Shown in pieces: positions 62,601 through 64,000 of a stretch of DNA of 64,000 nucleotides. The stretch spans positions 1 through 64,000 of the forward strand of contig OU015569.1 in the NCBI GenBank assembly GCA_907165135.1. Direction: 5' to 3'. Both the position numbers and the translations under genes were made by a program. Below the pieces are notes generated by a model. It saw nothing but the letters and a program-made list of their open reading frames with translations. It did not search any database and was not told the origin of the DNA. This DNA is from Oikopleura dioica. Lineage: Eukaryota > Animalia > Chordata. The stretch's first letter is position 1; each line of letters begins with the position of its first letter.

Positions 62601-64000
62601 TGTTTACGACGCGCGAGAATATATTCCCCGAGCATCGATAACCGAAAGGTAATCTGCAGAAGGCGTAAGATTTCCCACCCCACTGGAAGGAAGTCTTATA
62701 CCTATCGCTTTTCTTAATAGGGCACTGCCAATATCCGCTCCGCAAATCAACTGTGGCGAAATACTTGTTGCCCGGTCCAATGTTCGCGATCGTATCCTCC
62801 ATGCTCGGAAGATGATATGGGTCGGATTTGTCGGAGAGGCATTTGTTCAAGCTGTTCTTGTAGTTGATGCAGAAGCGCATTTCCCCAGATTTCTTAGGGA
62901 TTGGCAGAACGGGGCTATTAAACCCTTTCTGGTCCTTGATCTCTTCTATTATTTTCGTATCGAGCAGTTCGGAGATGTGATCAGTGACCTGGCCATGAAA
63001 AGCTTGCGGAATAGGGTGTTGACTGATGTTTCGACTCGTACCATCAGTCGGGATTTCGATCTCGAATGGGAATTCACCCATTTTTTGACCGTCGCAGCCG
63101 AATCTGTCGTCGAAATCCAAACACAGCTCGGCGACCACCTTCTTTTGCCCCGGGTCGGCGTTTGCTGGTAGGGTAATTCCGAGTTTTTGCTTCGCTAGCT
63201 GAATGGGGCACCTGGCTGCGTTCTTGTTAGGTGCGTCCAGCTTTGGGACTTTTGGTGGCGGTTGAGTGCGGGATCGATCGCTATCCTTGACCGCTGATCT
63301 AGTAGTCAAGTATTTCTTGATTTTGGTCCGCTTCACTCCGTCCAGCTTCACCACTTGAGTCTCAGTTTGTGTGAAGGCTTCGTTGTAGCAAAATGAGAGA
63401 GTACGATTCTTATTGTCGACTGTGAAGCTGTCCGTCATCGCATTCTCTAGTATATCGCGGCCCAGTAGACTTGGGTATTTACTGCCTGGCATAATGGTGA
63501 GATTCAGGGAGAATGCAGGGCCACCATTGAATGATAAGCGGCAGGGAAGGATACCCATCGGCTGCTCGGCGGGAATATTTGGGCTGAAACCGGTGACCTT
63601 GAAGGGACAGGGCTTCAGCATCTGGAGAAATTCGTCGGGAACGTAAGCAGCGGACAGACAGGAGGACTCGGCTCCGCTGTCGACTTCCATCGATACGTCA
63701 AAACTTTTAGAGCCCGTAATGATGGTAGCCGAAGCGAAATAAGCCTTTCCTGGTCGCTTCTTCTTCACTGTGTAAAAGTGAACGTCGAATGGTTGGAAAT
63801 CTTCAACGTTCTTAGTCGTATTTATCTTCTTGGATTCTGGTTGTTTATCGTCTTTCCCATCCTTAGAATCGTTGCTGGCGCGCTTAGCATTCTTCTTCTT
63901 TTTGTTCTTATTTCTGTTGAAGTGCTGGGAGACGGTCGCGCTGTCAACTCGATTCTGTCTTGTGGATTGGGCGAGACGGCAGAGTTCGTTGATATCGTAA
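59602..64000 (-). CDS. Gag-Pol polyprotein: protease, RT, RNase H, integrase
   Basis: VDSGAES, YIDD, YTDASLYAAGGVL, TDHRSL, HDLSGH..CVPC, QIDFA, SDRGTHF and ERANRTIK. The frame stays open for 77 more codons upstream of 63768 to the window edge. Confidence 0.95.
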   Translation of the reverse strand, partial: YDINELCRLAQSTRQNRVDSATVSQHFNRNKNKKKKNAKRASNDSKDGKDDKQPESKKINTTKNVEDFQPFDVHFYTVKKKRPGKAYFASATIITGSKSFDVSMEVDSGAESSCLSAAYVPDEFLQMLKPCPFKVTGFSPNIPAEQPMGILPCRLSFNGGPAFSLNLTIMPGSKYPSLLGRDILENAMTDSFTVDNKNRTLSFCYNEAFTQTETQVVKLDGVKRTKIKKYLTTRSAVKDSDRSRTQPPPKVPKLDAPNKNAARCPIQLAKQKLGITLPANADPGQKKVVAELCLDFDDRFGCDGQKMGEFPFEIEIPTDGTSRNISQHPIPQAFHGQVTDHISELLDTKIIEEIKDQKGFNSPVLPIPKKSGEMRFCINYKNSLNKCLSDKSDPYHLPSMEDTIANIGPGNKYFATVDLRSGYWQCPIKKSDRYKTSFQWGGKSYAFCRLPFGYRCSGNIFSRVVNTILDSSPTRKKMLSYIDDIVCFGKSFSCYYNTLRNLFIALRKFNAKLKGEKCSFLQSEAHFLGRIINEEGIKPDPAQVSALRQMKPPRSQKELASLIGSLNWIRGFLETKMGEAISSGCFSSRMKPINDVRNSANETNCFKWTKEADLALKEIQRRLSETPVISFPNFDESFHLYTDASLYAAGGVLLQEYGGRVHLVSAISHTFNKAERKWNTSEKEMFSIVWCCERLEKLLKGRFFQIHTDHRSLIFLHKKKFKNSKISRWQSRLEEFDFHIVYIKGSENQFADFMSRRPGEDDKSLGYDSEFPVGREYEIDKNSPVRVFVPFWNENQFPEKITLSEVKIHKVNVKAIAAPMEIPLVSANYNNILDYQREDSALSAIITFLESGKEPLDIKSLVKDSDHRQSSLLKMEKALFLDNTTGCLMCQFKSGARAVVPEAVKSHFLFLAHDLSGHLGEPRTLERLEDVWWPSFQDDVSNYVHSCVPCLRRKGSAGTRTKPPLGTLRRGKTAGESIQIDFACMPPAGGFKYYLVVADTFSRYTWCIPTRSDTAICAAKALIYKVFLPMDFLPKHLHSDRGTHFCASVIDEMCKLNQIKHTISTAFHPQSNAFAERANRTIKNSLFCMVNSSSGRKTWADCVPHVMRALNSVKNKSTKISPREVWFGRKSTFTHSTGAEMTAETPQVFGLNVGALAKSAEAIVKTAMEAADRAMEHRLKNEPKPRPIPAGAVVYIKRENLTDAKSKKERWVGPLKAVSSNDWVVMVEDKKGQRDFIHREHVVHAAERNHDLRWIDYYEAEYVFPHLTEIVKSKVPQKSPVPTSKPMEKSGSKSHGGRKSSQVASTPMVAMEKPPRSSLSPILESRRRLDMENLGDTTATSILDSSVAPAEPSDRWYSGGTLYETAEDMSADATVISEVAAPDNSHMSVDKQYSTVVEGSATENSKKRTRPKSSPDRQYSAGADPNATLTEVGAAHLPKHTKRAHRETRPVEPLNIGTNSGQSYD

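Larger units (their letters stand above)
59037..64000 (-). mobile_element. Ty3/gypsy LTR retrotransposon (Tor-like), 5' part outside the window
   Basis: Intact pol, a G-tract at 59293-59298 and a candidate LTR ending in CA at the host junction. Confidence 0.9.

Noticed and set aside
1-64000. tRNA, rRNA or CRISPR arrays
   Set aside because: None seen by eye; the repeats found are coding duplications or short palindromes.

Overview
Compact eukaryotic genomic DNA, not prokaryotic. Introns of about 40-50 nt, several GA-AG introns, co-oriented genes preceded by splice acceptors just before the ATG, and a Ty3/gypsy element point to the larvacean tunicate Oikopleura dioica or a close relative (inference). 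All family calls come from my recall of protein families; no searches were run. (1) 1-3.7 kb: an open, internally duplicated PDZ-domain gene running off the left edge. (2) 4-12.6 kb: a co-oriented run of intron-retaining but broken copies of KDM1B, HS2ST1, DDX55 and CWF19L2, with foreign fragments (collagen, clathrin heavy chain) inserted. (3) 13-21.4 kb: GTF3C6-like, SLC26A11-like and O-fucosyltransferase-like genes. (4) 21.5-29.8 kb: no recognisable gene. (5) 29.9-41.3 kb: a FRAS1 orthologue with a candidate internal signal-peptide exon. (6) 41.8-48.6 kb: small membrane, REPS-like, EGF-ZP and CUB genes. (7) 50.4-59 kb: a minus-strand operon-like run (AIMP1-like, PTGES2, RSU1, TUBGCP3, ZSWIM-like). 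(8) 59-64 kb: an intact gypsy gag-pol element whose end abuts the AIMP1-like exon.
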